From an uncultured Bacteroidota bacterium (GTDB taxonomy: Bacteria; Bacteroidota; Rhodothermia; Rhodothermales; DASSAV01), in assembly GCA_963790965.1 (NCBI GenBank), contig CAWBQO010000006.1, forward strand, positions 1,139,282-1,203,281: a DNA stretch of 64,000 bases, in the 5' to 3' direction. This document shows, piece after piece, positions 20,291 to 31,700 of this stretch (its first letter is position 1; each line of letters opens with the position of its first letter). Made by a program: the position numbers and the translations under genes. Under the pieces are notes generated by a model. It saw only the letters and a program-made list of their open reading frames with translations. It did not search any database and was not told the DNA's origin.

Positions 20291-22123
20291 CTATTCGCTG
20301 TCGCTCTCCGGCAGGGGCTCGCTCCGGGCCGAGAGTGCGCGCCGGAGCACGGCCCGCCGCTGAGGGGTAGTGGCTATTCTCCCCGTCAGGTACTGTTCGG
20401 CCATGAGACTGGCGATGGGGCCGGCCACCGTTGCACCAAAGCCGGCGTTCTCGACCATGACGGCTATGGCGATCTTGGGATCATCGAACGGCGCAAAAAT
20501 GATGAAGATGGAGTGATCCTTTCCGTGCGGGTTCTCCGCCGTCCCGGTCTTTCCGCCGCTCGCAATTCCGGGGATCTGGACGTAGTAACCAGTGCCTGCT
20601 TCCATCACCTGCCGCATGCCCTCGCGCACGATCCCAAAGTACTCGTCCTTTATCGGGATCTCTTCCGGAGCCGGTATGGCCGGACGGAGTACCTCGCCTG
20701 TCTTCGGGTGAACGAGATCGAGGACGAGGTGCGGCGAATAGAGCGTGCCCCCGTTCGCCACGGCGGCAACGTAGCGGGCCATCTGCATCGGCGTGACGAC
20801 CATGTCGCCCTGGCCAATGCCGAGGTTGATCGTGTAGCCGGAAGTCCACCCCCGCGGGTACGTGCGGTTGTAATACGAGGAGTCCGGGATCAGCCCCGCG
20901 CTCTGTTCGGGAATGTCCATTGGGACCGGCACGCCAAACCCGAACCGCGTGGCCCACTTCTTAAACGTATCTACGTCGAGGCCCATCATCACGTTGAAGA
21001 AGAATGCATTCGAAGAGACACGAATGGCATCCTGCACGTTGATGGGGCCGTAGACGTGCCCGGCGTGGTTGCTGAAGACGCGGCGGCCGAGTGTATAGCC
21101 CCCCCGGTCATGATAGATGCTGGTCGGGGAAATGACCCCTTCCTGAAGCCCTACCAGCGCCATGAAGGGCTTCCATGTGGAGCCGGGTGGTAGCCCCATC
21201 ATGGTGGCCCGGTTGAACATCGGCTTCACGGGACTTGTCGTGAGATAAGCCCACAGGTCGGGATCCATGGGTTTGGAAAATGCCTCCGGATCGTAATCCG
21301 GCGCGCTCACCATCGCGAGGATGCCGCCCGTCTCGGGATCGAGCGCAACGGCCGCACCCCGCTTGTTTACGAAGAGCGATTCCGCGAACGCCTGGAGTTG
21401 GCTGTCCAGCGTCAGGTGAACGCCGTACCCGCCGAAGGGCTGTACGTCGCGCGCCCCACCCTTATACCGCCCTATCAACGTGCCCCGGGAGTCTACCAGC
21501 CCCAACTCTCTTCCGACACGTCCCCGCAAGTAGGGCTCGTACAGCCGCTCCAGTCCAGTCTGTCCGATCTGGTCGCCCATGCGGTAGGTTTTCTCCGGTT
21601 GCCGCGCAAGCTCAGCGTCCGTGATCTCGCGGATATAGCCTAAGGCGTGGGCCGCTCTTGCTCGGGTGGAATAATGCCGCTTCTGTCCCAGTGCGAACCC
21701 GACGCCTGGCAGCTCATACTGACGCTCTTGTACCCGGCTGAATATCTCATACGAGACCTCCGGGAAGCTTGCGCTGGGACGGTGAATGCTCCATTCACGC
21801 GCGTCCGCCAGCTTCCTCAAGACTACTGAATCGGGCACCTCGAGGAGATCTGCCAAAAAGCTGACCTTCGAGCGGTCAAAATACTGGGGTGTCAAGGTGA
21901 CGGTATAGGCCTGGGCATTGTCCACCATCAGGACGCCTTCGCGGTCGTATACTGCGCCGCGCGCGGGCTGCACTCGCACCGGTCGGACAGCATTGCCCCG
22001 AGCAACTTTGGCGTACTCGTCACGATCGACGAGTTGGAGCTGAGCCAATCGGAGTCCCAGAATGGCAAGGGCCACCAGAACGACCCCGGCGAATATCAAT
22101 GCGCGTGCTCTGAACTTATCCAC
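20291..22123 (-). CDS. mrdA: Penicillin-binding protein 2 (peptidoglycan D,D-transpeptidase)
   Basis: 610 aa with an N-terminal TM. Motifs STWKPF (SxxK), SSN and KTGTA. Confidence 0.9.
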   Translation of the reverse strand: MDKFRARALIFAGVVLVALAILGLRLAQLQLVDRDEYAKVARGNAVRPVRVQPARGAVYDREGVLMVDNAQAYTVTLTPQYFDRSKVSFLADLLEVPDSVVLRKLADAREWSIHRPSASFPEVSYEIFSRVQERQYELPGVGFALGQKRHYSTRARAAHALGYIREITDAELARQPEKTYRMGDQIGQTGLERLYEPYLRGRVGRELGLVDSRGTLIGRYKGGARDVQPFGGYGVHLTLDSQLQAFAESLFVNKRGAAVALDPETGGILAMVSAPDYDPEAFSKPMDPDLWAYLTTSPVKPMFNRATMMGLPPGSTWKPFMALVGLQEGVISPTSIYHDRGGYTLGRRVFSNHAGHVYGPINVQDAIRVSSNAFFFNVMMGLDVDTFKKWATRFGFGVPVPMDIPEQSAGLIPDSSYYNRTYPRGWTSGYTINLGIGQGDMVVTPMQMARYVAAVANGGTLYSPHLVLDLVHPKTGEVLRPAIPAPEEIPIKDEYFGIVREGMRQVMEAGTGYYVQIPGIASGGKTGTAENPHGKDHSIFIIFAPFDDPKIAIAVMVENAGFGATVAGPIASLMAEQYLTGRIATTPQRRAVLRRALSARSEPLPESDSE

Positions 22124-22432
22124 GGTTGCAGCCTCTCATCTACGCAATGGGGGTCTCGGCGGTGAGTCCTGTGCCGTTTACCCACGTGCGGAGGTCCACC
22201 ACCCTTTCCTCCCGTCGTCTTCTCGATTCGTTGGATCGTCTGTTATTGTTGCGACCCCCGGTACGGCAAGATGGTTCCGGCAGCAGGCACCGAGGGCGGG
22301 CAGCGCATCGCCGTGATCCAATTAGGAAACTCGGCTCAATCGACGGGATAATTCCAGGGGGCTATCGCTTATTTTACGGCGCGCTCCGCTGTGGGGTGCC
22401 CTGACCGCAAGCCTTAACACTTCACCGCGCGC

Positions 22433-23206
22433 ATGGCTTCCATGGCGACAAGAGGAGAGAACATAGCCGCCACGGCTCAGATTGGCGCGGGGACCACCTT
22501 CGGCCATTTCTGTGTGGTGGAGGACGGCGTTACCATCGGCAGCGGGTGCCGGATCGGGCACCACGTTGTCATTCACGCGGGCACGCGCATTGGTGACGAG
22601 GTTCGCATCGATGACCATGCCGTGCTCGGTAAGCAGCCCCTGCGAGCGGCGAACAGCGCCGTCACGTCGGAGGAGCGGCAACCGCCCGCCGTCGTCGGAA
22701 AGGGCTGCCTCGTCGGCACGGGGGCCGTCCTGTATGCCGGATGCTCTCTCGGAGAAAAGGTCCTTGTTGCAGACCTTGCCACGATTCGCGAAGACGTGAC
22801 CATCGGCGACTACACGATCATCGGGCGGGGCGTGGCCGTCGAGAATCACTGCCGCATCGGGCGCTACTGCAAGCTGGAGACGAACGCCTATTTGGCGGCC
22901 TACTCAGTGCTTGAAGACCGCGTTTTTCTCGCGCCCGGCGTGCTGACGAGCAACGACCCGTTCATTGGCCGCACGAAAGAAAGGTTCGATCACTTCAGAG
23001 GCGTTACGGTAAGGCGGGGCGGCCGAATCGGCGTCGGAGCCGTGACGCTGCCGGGCGTCGAGTTGGGACCGGACGCGCTCGTCGGTGCGGCCGCCCTGCT
23101 GACGCGCAATGCGGAGCCGGGAAAGGTTTACGCAGGCGTTCCCGCGCGCGCTGTCCGAGACGTTCCGGAGGCGCAGCTGCTCGACCGGCAGGGCTGGCCG
23201 CATTGA
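22433..23206 (+). CDS. Hexapeptide-repeat (left-handed beta-helix) acyl/acetyltransferase
   Basis: 257 aa made of repeated [LIV]-G-x-x-x-x hexapeptides (IGSGCRIGHHVVIHAGTRIGDEVRI...). Confidence 0.7.
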   Translation: MASMATRGENIAATAQIGAGTTFGHFCVVEDGVTIGSGCRIGHHVVIHAGTRIGDEVRIDDHAVLGKQPLRAANSAVTSEERQPPAVVGKGCLVGTGAVLYAGCSLGEKVLVADLATIREDVTIGDYTIIGRGVAVENHCRIGRYCKLETNAYLAAYSVLEDRVFLAPGVLTSNDPFIGRTKERFDHFRGVTVRRGGRIGVGAVTLPGVELGPDALVGAAALLTRNAEPGKVYAGVPARAVRDVPEAQLLDRQGWPH

Positions 23207-23293
23207 GCGCACGGCGCGGAGTTGGGGAGCATTTACACCCGATCGTCGTTATGCCGCGCTGAGTATGAAAACTATAGAGTTACCGGAATCACG

Positions 23294-24382
23294 ATGACGA
23301 GGCCACGCAGAATATCCCGTGCAGTAAACGTCGGCGGTGTGCAGATTGGCGGCGGCGCGCCGGTGTCGGTGCAGTCGATGACGACCTCTAAAACCCACGA
23401 TGTAGAGGCGACCCTCGCCGAGGTTCGGCGGCTGGCGGACGCGGGAGCGGACATCGTCCGCGTGGCAGTTCCTCGGCCTGAAGACGTGGCCGTGCTGCGG
23501 GACATTGTTCAGGGGTCGCCGGTGCCCATCGTGGCGGACATTCACTTCAACTATCAGTATGCGCTCAAGGCCATTGCGGCGGGTGTGGCGAAGGTGCGCA
23601 TCAACCCCGGCAACATCGGAAAGCCGGAGTGGGAACAGGAGGTGCTGCTGGCCGCCAAAGAGGCAGGCACCCCGATTCGCATCGGCGTCAACTCCGGCTC
23701 GCTCGAGAAAGATATCCTTGACAAGTACGGTTATCCGCAGCCGGAGGCGCTCTTTGAAAGCGCCATGCGCCACGTCGAAATCTGCCGCAAGCATGGCTTC
23801 GAGGATCTTGTCATCTCCGTCAAGCACTCGGACGTGTACTTCATGATTCAGTCCTACCGGCTCCTCGCCGAGCGGACGGACTACCCGCTCCATCTCGGCG
23901 TCACCGAGTCCGGCACGCTCTCGACCGGCACGGTCAAAAGCTCTATCGGAATCGGCGCGCTGCTGGCCGACGGCATCGGCGACACGATCCGCGTCTCGCT
24001 TACCACCGACTCGGTGAATGAAGTCGAGGTGGGGCACATGATCCTCAAGTCGCTGCGGCTGGGGCGTCCGGGCGTGAACATCATCGCCTGCCCGACCTGC
24101 GGTCGGCTGGACGGCGACCTGTTCTCCATCGTGAACGAAGTTGAGGCTGCGGTCAAAGCGCGGCGGTTTACGAAAGACCTGAACGTTGCCCTGATGGGCT
24201 GCGCGGTGAACGGTCCCGGCGAGGCGGCCGGCGCGCACCTCGGCGTGTCGCTCGGCCGCGGGCGGGCCCACCTCTTCAAGAAGGGAGAGATCCTCCGCAC
24301 CGTCCCGACGGAGGAGATTGTCGATGCCGTTCTGGAAGCTATAGAGAGCTGGGACGAGGAGCCGGTGGATACGGGTGCGTAG
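23294..24382 (+). CDS. ispG: 4-hydroxy-3-methylbut-2-en-1-yl diphosphate synthase
   Basis: ATG 23294 within the ORF open from 23222. VGGVQIGGGAPVSVQSMT. C-terminal Fe-S cysteines CPTCGR and GCAVNGPGE. Confidence 0.9.
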   Translation: MTRPRRISRAVNVGGVQIGGGAPVSVQSMTTSKTHDVEATLAEVRRLADAGADIVRVAVPRPEDVAVLRDIVQGSPVPIVADIHFNYQYALKAIAAGVAKVRINPGNIGKPEWEQEVLLAAKEAGTPIRIGVNSGSLEKDILDKYGYPQPEALFESAMRHVEICRKHGFEDLVISVKHSDVYFMIQSYRLLAERTDYPLHLGVTESGTLSTGTVKSSIGIGALLADGIGDTIRVSLTTDSVNEVEVGHMILKSLRLGRPGVNIIACPTCGRLDGDLFSIVNEVEAAVKARRFTKDLNVALMGCAVNGPGEAAGAHLGVSLGRGRAHLFKKGEILRTVPTEEIVDAVLEAIESWDEEPVDTGA

Positions 24383-24721
24383 AACCTCCCGCTTCTCTCG
24401 CCGCGCTTCCCGGCCGTGCGCAAGGGAGGCGGGCTTCCCAAGTGCATCGGTGTTGGCGGGATCGGGTCAGCGAGAGCTGTCCTTTCGCGGCTTCGTGGGA
24501 AGTTCTTAGCCGCGCGGCCGCACCGGTCCGGTCTGCGGGTGTCGCGTTCGGCAAACGAGTGGATGAAATTGCGTAAGCGGTTTCATATTATTTTCGTCTG
24601 CAAACATAGTGCTTACCCGGTAAAGCTCCGTCTTAGAAGCTGCGCGCAAGGATCGTAAACATAGATGCTTCGTAGTGAATCGCTGCGCATGAAGCCGAAG
24701 AGAGGGGGCGCAGAAATGGAC

Positions 24722-24751
24722 TTGACGCGGCACCCCTGATTGTTGTATCAT
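24722..24751 (+). promoter_or_regulatory. Candidate sigma70-like promoter for the lacI-family gene/operon
   Basis: TTGACG (24722-24727), 18-nt spacer, TATCAT (24746-24751), about 50 nt upstream of the GTG start. Confidence 0.3.
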
Positions 24752-24762
24752 CGGCATCGCAA

Positions 24763-24774
24763 GTAAGCGCTTAC
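24763..24774. promoter_or_regulatory. Candidate LacI-family operator (perfect 12-bp palindrome GTAAGCGCTTAC)
   Basis: Perfect palindrome with the central CG typical of LacI/GalR operators. It lies between the putative -10 and the regulator start codon. Confidence 0.45.
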
Positions 24775-24799
24775 ACAACGATCCCCTCTATCTCGCTCT

Positions 24800-25864
24800 G
24801 TGGCGATCACCATCTACGACATAGCCGCTAAGGCCGACGTATCTATCGCCACGGTGTCGCGGGTACTTAACAACCATCCGCGCGTGTCCGCCCAGACGCG
24901 GCGACGCGTTCTGGAGATCGCCGGCGAAGCAGGCTATCAGCCCCACGCTTTTGCGCAGGGCCTCGCCCGCCGGCGCGGCAACCTGATCGCCGCGATCGTT
25001 CCGATGCTGACGAGCTTCTTTTTCATCGAAGTCCTTCGGGGCGTGCAGGACCGGCTTGCCGAGAGCGAATACGATCTGCTCGTGCTCACCGTTCGCAGTC
25101 CCGAAGAGGTGGAGGACCAAATGGACCGCGTGCTGCAGAAGGGCCTCGCCGCCGGGGTGCTACTGTTCTCGTCCCCGCTGACGGAAGCCGCCGTCGAACG
25201 CCTGTTGCAGATCGAGAGCGCGGTCGTGCTCGTGGACACGATGCACGACGCCTTCGACAGCGTCTTTGTGAACAACGAGACGGGCGGTTACCTCGCCACG
25301 CACCACCTCATTGAACATGGGCGAAAGCGTATTGGCCTCATTCTCGGGCATCCGGCCTCCGTCCCGGCGGCGCAGCGACGCTTTGGGTATGAACATGCCA
25401 TGAGCGAAGCCGGTCTTCGCATCGATTCGCGCCTGATATACGTCTCTGACGAGCAGCACCATCACGGCTTTACCGAAGAAGCCGGTTTCGCCGGAATGAA
25501 TGCGCTGCTGAAAACCGGGGGGCGGCCCGACGCCGTCTTCGTCTCCGCCGACATACAGGCCCTCGGCGCGCTGCGCGCCCTGCAGGAGCATGACGTTCGC
25601 TGCCCTGAAGAGGTCGCGCTCATTGGTTTCGACGACGTGCAGATCAGCCGCTTTATCGGCCTTTCGACCCTGCGGCAGCCGATGTTCGAAATGGGGCAGA
25701 TTGCCGTCGATAAGCTTCTCACGCGGATGCGCTTTCATGACCATCCGACCTCTCACACAGTGTTCTCTCCGAGTCTCGTTTGCCGGGCGACCTGCGGCGG
25801 GCAAGCGCCCATCGCGGAGGCAACGATGCCTCTTTCTGCTAAAATCTCCATTCCGGTGGCTTAA
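24800..25864 (+). CDS. LacI-family transcriptional regulator
   Basis: GTG start. HTH ITIYDIAAKADVSIATVSRVLNN followed by a periplasmic-binding-protein-like sugar-binding fold. Confidence 0.85.
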   Translation: MAITIYDIAAKADVSIATVSRVLNNHPRVSAQTRRRVLEIAGEAGYQPHAFAQGLARRRGNLIAAIVPMLTSFFFIEVLRGVQDRLAESEYDLLVLTVRSPEEVEDQMDRVLQKGLAAGVLLFSSPLTEAAVERLLQIESAVVLVDTMHDAFDSVFVNNETGGYLATHHLIEHGRKRIGLILGHPASVPAAQRRFGYEHAMSEAGLRIDSRLIYVSDEQHHHGFTEEAGFAGMNALLKTGGRPDAVFVSADIQALGALRALQEHDVRCPEEVALIGFDDVQISRFIGLSTLRQPMFEMGQIAVDKLLTRMRFHDHPTSHTVFSPSLVCRATCGGQAPIAEATMPLSAKISIPVA

Positions 25865-25903
25865 CTACGTCCGCCGATGTTCCAACCTGAAGGTTCAACA
25901 CAG

Positions 25904-28684
25904 ATGATGATTGGACGACTACCAAGAACGACTTTGCGTCTGGCAGGCATAGCGGCGCTCCTGCTGATGCTCGCTTTCGTGACAACGAACGAGGCGGCCG
26001 CGCAGTACGGCAAAATCTCCGGCACCGTCACCGACGCGGCGACGGGAGAGCCGCTCATCGGCGTCAACGTCATTATCGACGGCACGGCGACGGGCGCTAC
26101 GACGAACCTCGACGGAGACTACGTGATCATCGGCGTGCGCCCCGGCCAGTATGCCATTACGGCTTCTTACATCGGCTACCAGTCCGTTCGTGTCGAAGAA
26201 GTGCGCGTGCAGATCGATCTGACGACAGACATAGACTTCAGCCTGCCCGAAGAGGTCATCGAGGGGCAAGAGATCGTCATTACGGCGGACCGGCCGCTCA
26301 TTCAGAAAGACGTAACCGCAACGACCGCCTCCGTAAGCGGCGAAGAGATTCGCGCGATTCCGGTGGAGAACTTCCAGGACGTGGTCAACCTGCAGGCCGG
26401 CGTCGTTAACGGCCACTTCCGGGGCGGTCGTACGGGCGAGGTCGGCTACTGGGTAGACGGAATGCCCGTGTCCGACGTTTATGACGGCGGCCTGGCCGTC
26501 GCGGTCGAAAACGATCTCGTGCAAGAGATGCAGGTCGTCACGGGGGCCTTTAACGCGGAGTACGGACAGGCGATGTCCGGCATCGTGAACGTGGTTACGC
26601 GCGACGGCTCAAACGATTTCACCGGCGGCTTCTCCGGGTTTGCGGGGGACTACGGCTCCAACCGCACGCAGATTTTCAACGGCATCGACAACATCGATCC
26701 GCTCGCCGTGCGAAACGTCGAAGCGAACCTTGGCGGCCCGATACTCAAGAACCGCCTGTTCTTCTTCACCAGCGGCCGCTACTTCCAGAACGACGGCTGG
26801 GTGCAGGGGCGAAATGTGTTTTCGTTCAACGACGTCGGCGTCGACCCGTCCAACAAGCTGGCGCTGCTCAATCCCGGCGGTACGGGGGACTCGAGCATCG
26901 TTCAGATGAACCCGTACGAGAAGGTTTCCGGACAGGCGAAGCTGACCCTCGCCGTCACGAACCGCATTCGGCTGGCCGCCAACACGATCATTTCGCAGGA
27001 GACCTTCAAGTCCTTCGATGGCGACGGCGATCTGCAGTTTCTCTATATGCCGCAGAACCAGCTCGACAAGAAGCGCTGGGCGCGGACGACCTACCTCAAG
27101 TGGACGCACACGCTGTCAAACCGCACCTTCTACGAGGCGGGCGTGACGAACAACTACAGCGCTTACCGGCAGTGGCTTTTCGAGGACCCGCTGGACAACC
27201 GCTACATGGATCACGAAGTGCTCAACTTCAGCGACGTTGCGCTTACGTCCGGCTTCAAGGCGGGCGGTACGAACAACGGGCGGTTCTCCCGGTCGACGAA
27301 CACGTTCCTTGCCAAGGTGGACATCACGAGCCAGATCACCGACGCCAACATGGTCAAGCTCGGGGTTGAGGGCCGCATGCACGATCTGCGGTTCAACGAC
27401 TCCTATGTCATCCGTCCCTTCGAGGACCAGGCACCTGCGGTTGCGCAGAATGGCAGGTTCCACTACAAGCCGATGGAGCTATCCGCCTACATTCAGGACA
27501 AGGTGGAAATGGGCGACCTCATCATTAACCTCGGCGTGCGGTTCGACTACTTCGATTCAAACGGCCGGGTTCTCAAAGATCCCACGAAGCCGCAGTTCGT
27601 ATTCGAGCAGCAACGCTTCGAGCTATATCCGGAGGATCTACCGAGCGACCTGACCAAGGACCAGCTCTACGAGCGCCTCTATCCCTACTTTACGGAGGAT
27701 GCGAGTCCGCGCTGGCAGTTCAGCCCGCGGCTCGGCGTCGCGTTCCCGATCTCGCAGGGAGGCGTGATTCACTTCTCCTACGGGCGGTTCTTCCAGATTC
27801 CCAACTTTGAGAACCTGTATCAGAACCCGTACTTCCTGCTCAGCGCGTCCGGCTCGGGCCTCGTCGGGCTGATGGGAAATGCCAACCTGAAGCCGGAAGA
27901 GACCACGAACGGCGAGATCGGGCTTAAGCAGCAGCTCTCCGGGTCCACGGCGATCGAGCTTACGGCCTACTACCGCGACATCCGCAATCTCGCGGGCACG
28001 GCCACCAACCCGATCGTGATCGAGGGCACGGGCGCGCGCTACGGTATGCTCATCAACTCGGACTTCGGCTTCGTTCGCGGCGTCGTGTTCCGGTTCGACC
28101 AGACCTTCGGCGACGGGTTCTTCGCCGGTGCGGATTACACCTACCAGATCGCCAAGGCCAACGCCTCCGATCCGGCGCAGGTGTACAACGCCGCCGCTGC
28201 CAAGCAGGACTTGCCGAAGCAGATCGTTGCGACGAACTGGGACCAGCGCCACACGATCAACGTGACTGCGGCCTACACTTCGCGGCAGAACTGGGGCTTT
28301 GGCCTCGTGGGGTCGCTGGGTTCCGGGCAGCCCTACACTCCGGCGCAGACCACGCAGCAGAGTGGACTCATTCTTCCGACGACCATTCAGCTCAACAGTG
28401 AAACGCGCCCGACGACGTTCAACATCAACCTGAACGTGTTCAAGAACTTCACCGTCGCCGGCTCGCAAAACGTGCAGGTCTTTGCCAAGATCGACAACCT
28501 GCTCGACACGAAAAACGAGTACGGCGTCTTCGGCGATACCGGGCGGGCCACGTACTCGTTGCAGAAGAACGTAGATGCCGCCTCATATAGCGGCAGCCCG
28601 CTCTTCCTCGACTCGTGGTACGTGCGGCCTTATTTCTACAGCCAGCCGCGCCGCGTGGTGCTCGGACTGGAATACCGCTTCTGA
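25904..28684 (+). CDS. TonB-dependent outer-membrane receptor with N-terminal CarboxypepD_reg-like domain
   Basis: Signal peptide ...TTNEAAAQ. GKISGTVTDAATGEPLIGVNVII (CarbopepD_reg). Plug and barrel regions. Terminal ...GLEYRF. Confidence 0.85.
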   Translation: MMIGRLPRTTLRLAGIAALLLMLAFVTTNEAAAQYGKISGTVTDAATGEPLIGVNVIIDGTATGATTNLDGDYVIIGVRPGQYAITASYIGYQSVRVEEVRVQIDLTTDIDFSLPEEVIEGQEIVITADRPLIQKDVTATTASVSGEEIRAIPVENFQDVVNLQAGVVNGHFRGGRTGEVGYWVDGMPVSDVYDGGLAVAVENDLVQEMQVVTGAFNAEYGQAMSGIVNVVTRDGSNDFTGGFSGFAGDYGSNRTQIFNGIDNIDPLAVRNVEANLGGPILKNRLFFFTSGRYFQNDGWVQGRNVFSFNDVGVDPSNKLALLNPGGTGDSSIVQMNPYEKVSGQAKLTLAVTNRIRLAANTIISQETFKSFDGDGDLQFLYMPQNQLDKKRWARTTYLKWTHTLSNRTFYEAGVTNNYSAYRQWLFEDPLDNRYMDHEVLNFSDVALTSGFKAGGTNNGRFSRSTNTFLAKVDITSQITDANMVKLGVEGRMHDLRFNDSYVIRPFEDQAPAVAQNGRFHYKPMELSAYIQDKVEMGDLIINLGVRFDYFDSNGRVLKDPTKPQFVFEQQRFELYPEDLPSDLTKDQLYERLYPYFTEDASPRWQFSPRLGVAFPISQGGVIHFSYGRFFQIPNFENLYQNPYFLLSASGSGLVGLMGNANLKPEETTNGEIGLKQQLSGSTAIELTAYYRDIRNLAGTATNPIVIEGTGARYGMLINSDFGFVRGVVFRFDQTFGDGFFAGADYTYQIAKANASDPAQVYNAAAAKQDLPKQIVATNWDQRHTINVTAAYTSRQNWGFGLVGSLGSGQPYTPAQTTQQSGLILPTTIQLNSETRPTTFNINLNVFKNFTVAGSQNVQVFAKIDNLLDTKNEYGVFGDTGRATYSLQKNVDAASYSGSPLFLDSWYVRPYFYSQPRRVVLGLEYRF

Positions 28685-28747
28685 TCGGACCAATTCACGG
28701 AAAGTACGGTCCGGGCGATTTTCCGGGCCGATGGATATGATCCTTCT

Positions 28748-31700
28748 ATGCTAATGAAAGAGTTGAAAAGGGAAAGAGAAGTGCGCTTGCTCGCTTCGGC
28801 GCTGCTTGCGCTTCTACTATCGGCCGCCTTCCTGCCGCGCGCCGAGGCGCAGACCCGCGCCGATCTTCCGCCGTTCATCTTCGATTCGGACTACTACTCC
28901 TCGCGGGTCAACGAGAAGAAGGCGATTCACGACGGCAACGAAGTGGCCATCACGTTCTTCAACTATGGGCTGCTCGGCGGCACGGGCGAAGTGCGCGGCA
29001 ACTGGCCGAAAGGTTCAGAGGACTTCTACGTCGGCGACGTGCTACCGGTCGTTGCAGCCGAGGTGCCGATCGACCTCGACGGCGACGGCACGCCGGACAC
29101 GACGGTCGTTCACGCCGTAACGACGCGCGGGCCGCGCGGCAACCAGAACTCTCCGCCGGGCAACCAGAGCATCTTCTGGGGCTTCGAGGCCAAGCCGGGT
29201 TTCGCATCCGACGTTCGCTCGGACGGTGAGCCGAATGGCAAGCCGGCGCTCTCCACCGACGCCGAGACGTGGCCGGACTTCTGGCCCGATCAGCCGACCT
29301 GGATGGACCCTGCGACCGGCCGTGCGCCATGGAACGGCTACTTCGGGCGCGGCATCAAGAACGCCGATCTGGAGAGCTACTTCTGGATGGACGACCAGAA
29401 TGATGGTGAGCTGCAGTTTCGTTATCCGAACTTCGTCGCCGACACCACGCGGCCGGAGCGAAAGGGCATGGGTCTTGAAGTAAAGGCGCGTGGCATGCAG
29501 TGGAGCCAGTTCCTCGCGCAGGACGCGCTCTATTTCCTCTACGAGGTCACGAACTCCAGCACCACCACCTATCCCCGCGTGGCGGTCGGCCTGACCGTCG
29601 GTACGCTGGCCGGTGGCGACGGCGATTCGCAGGACGACATGGCCTTCTTCGACCAGGCCAACCGTATCGTTTACTCCTGGGATTACGACAACCGCGGCAA
29701 CCGGCAGCAGCCCGTCGGCTACGTCGGCTATGCGTTCATGGAAAGCCCGGGCGACGACTTCAACGGCCTTGACGACGACGGCGATGCCGATCCGTTTACC
29801 GACCTGGGCCTGAACGTAGACAAGCTGCCCTTTGTCAATCCTGCCGTCGCCGGGGAGGGCAACGTCTTTACGGCCGCCGACTTCATGCCGCGCGTGCTGC
29901 AGGCGGGCGACCCGCTCATCCTGATCGACGCCAAAACGGGCGAGCGCTCCATCACCTACATGGGCGACGGTCCTACCACCGTGGTCTCGCAGGGCATCAC
30001 GTACAACCTGACGCCCGGCCAGGCAATCGAGGAAGCCACCAAGATCATCCGGGGCCAGCGCGACGAAGTGACCGTGACAGCGCGAAACCTCATCGATGAG
30101 GACCTCGACGGCGTGCTGGACGAAGACGAAAACCTGCACTTCAACCGGCGGCAGGAGACCGTCGAAGGCGGTGTTCGCCAGATCGTGACGGTGCCGGCCG
30201 TTCGCTACGTCAACTACGTGGGCCTTGCCAACGATATTCGCAACCGAACGGCTACCCACGAGGACTCTGTCCGCCACGGCTTCCTCAATCCGATGATCGA
30301 CGAAGCGCGTGAAGACGGCATCGACAACGACGGCGACTGGAACCCGCTGACGGATGACACGGGTGCCGACGGTGCCGCAGGCACGGGAGATCGCGGCGAA
30401 GGCGACGGCAAGCCCACGCCGGGCGAGCCGAACTTCGACGCGCTCGACGTCGACGAGTCGGACCAGGTCGGCCTGACCTCGTTCTACTACTTCACGCCGC
30501 CGGGTGCTCTCCAGATGAACAACGACAACCGGATCTGGGAGGCCATGAACCCGGGCTTCTTTACCACCAACGCCGAACTGGAGGCGCAGCAGGCGGGCAA
30601 GGGCATCGACGGCGACTTTATCTTCTCCTCGGGCTACTTCCGCCTCGAACCCGGCCAGACGCTTCGCTTCTCCATGGCCATGGTCTTCGGGCAGGACCTC
30701 GTCGACATCACGAACAACTCAAAGACCGTTCAGGAGATCTACGACCGCAACTACAACTTCGCGCGTCCTCCCGATCGGCCCACGCTCTACGCCGCGGAAG
30801 GCGACGGCCGGGTGACGCTCTACTGGGACTCGATCGCGGAGCAGTCCGTCGATCCGGTCCTCGGAATGGACTTTGAAGGCTACCGCCTCTACCGCTCGAC
30901 CGATCCGTACTTCAAAGACCCGGCGGTCGTGACGGACGTGTTCGGCAACCGGGCGCTTCTGGCACCGATGATCCAGTTCGACCTCAAGAACAACTTGAGC
31001 GGCTACTGGATGCCTTCGGCGGACAACAACCTCTACGAGCGCGTGCGCGGCGTGCCGTTCTACCTGGGCAGCGACACGGGGATCAGGCACTCATACGTCG
31101 ACACGACCGTTCAGAACGGCCGCACGTACTACTACGCGCTGAACGCCTATGACCACGGGTCGTCCGAGTTCTATCCGGCCGAGAACGACCGCGCCATCAG
31201 CGTCTCCGAGGACAACGTCGTTGTCACCGGCACCAATGTCGTGGAAGTGCGGCCGAACGCGCCGGCGGCCGGATATTTCGCGGGCACGGTCAGCACCGAC
31301 GTGGCTCATGCGTCGGGCGCGGCCACCGGCGACGTGCTCGTCGAAGTGCTGAACCCGATGATGCTGAGAGAGAACACCGAGTACCGGGTGATCTTCAGCG
31401 GGGCGGGGGTGTCTGCAGACAGCTTCCGTGTCGAGTCCAGGGATGGCACCGTTGTAAGTAAGGTGCCGATCGGCGCTTACGAGTCCGCCATCTTCGACGG
31501 GATGCGCGTCATCTTCCGCAACGACGGCACCCGGCTCAACATGGACGAGACAAAATGGGAGAATCCGGACGGCAAAGTGCCGCTCTTCGTTGCGCGCAAC
31601 AATGTGTCGCAGTGGCGCTACGAAGGCGTTGTCGCGCCGTACGACTATGAGATCCGGTTCAAGGATACGGTGGTTGACACCTCCATCGGCGGATTCCGGC

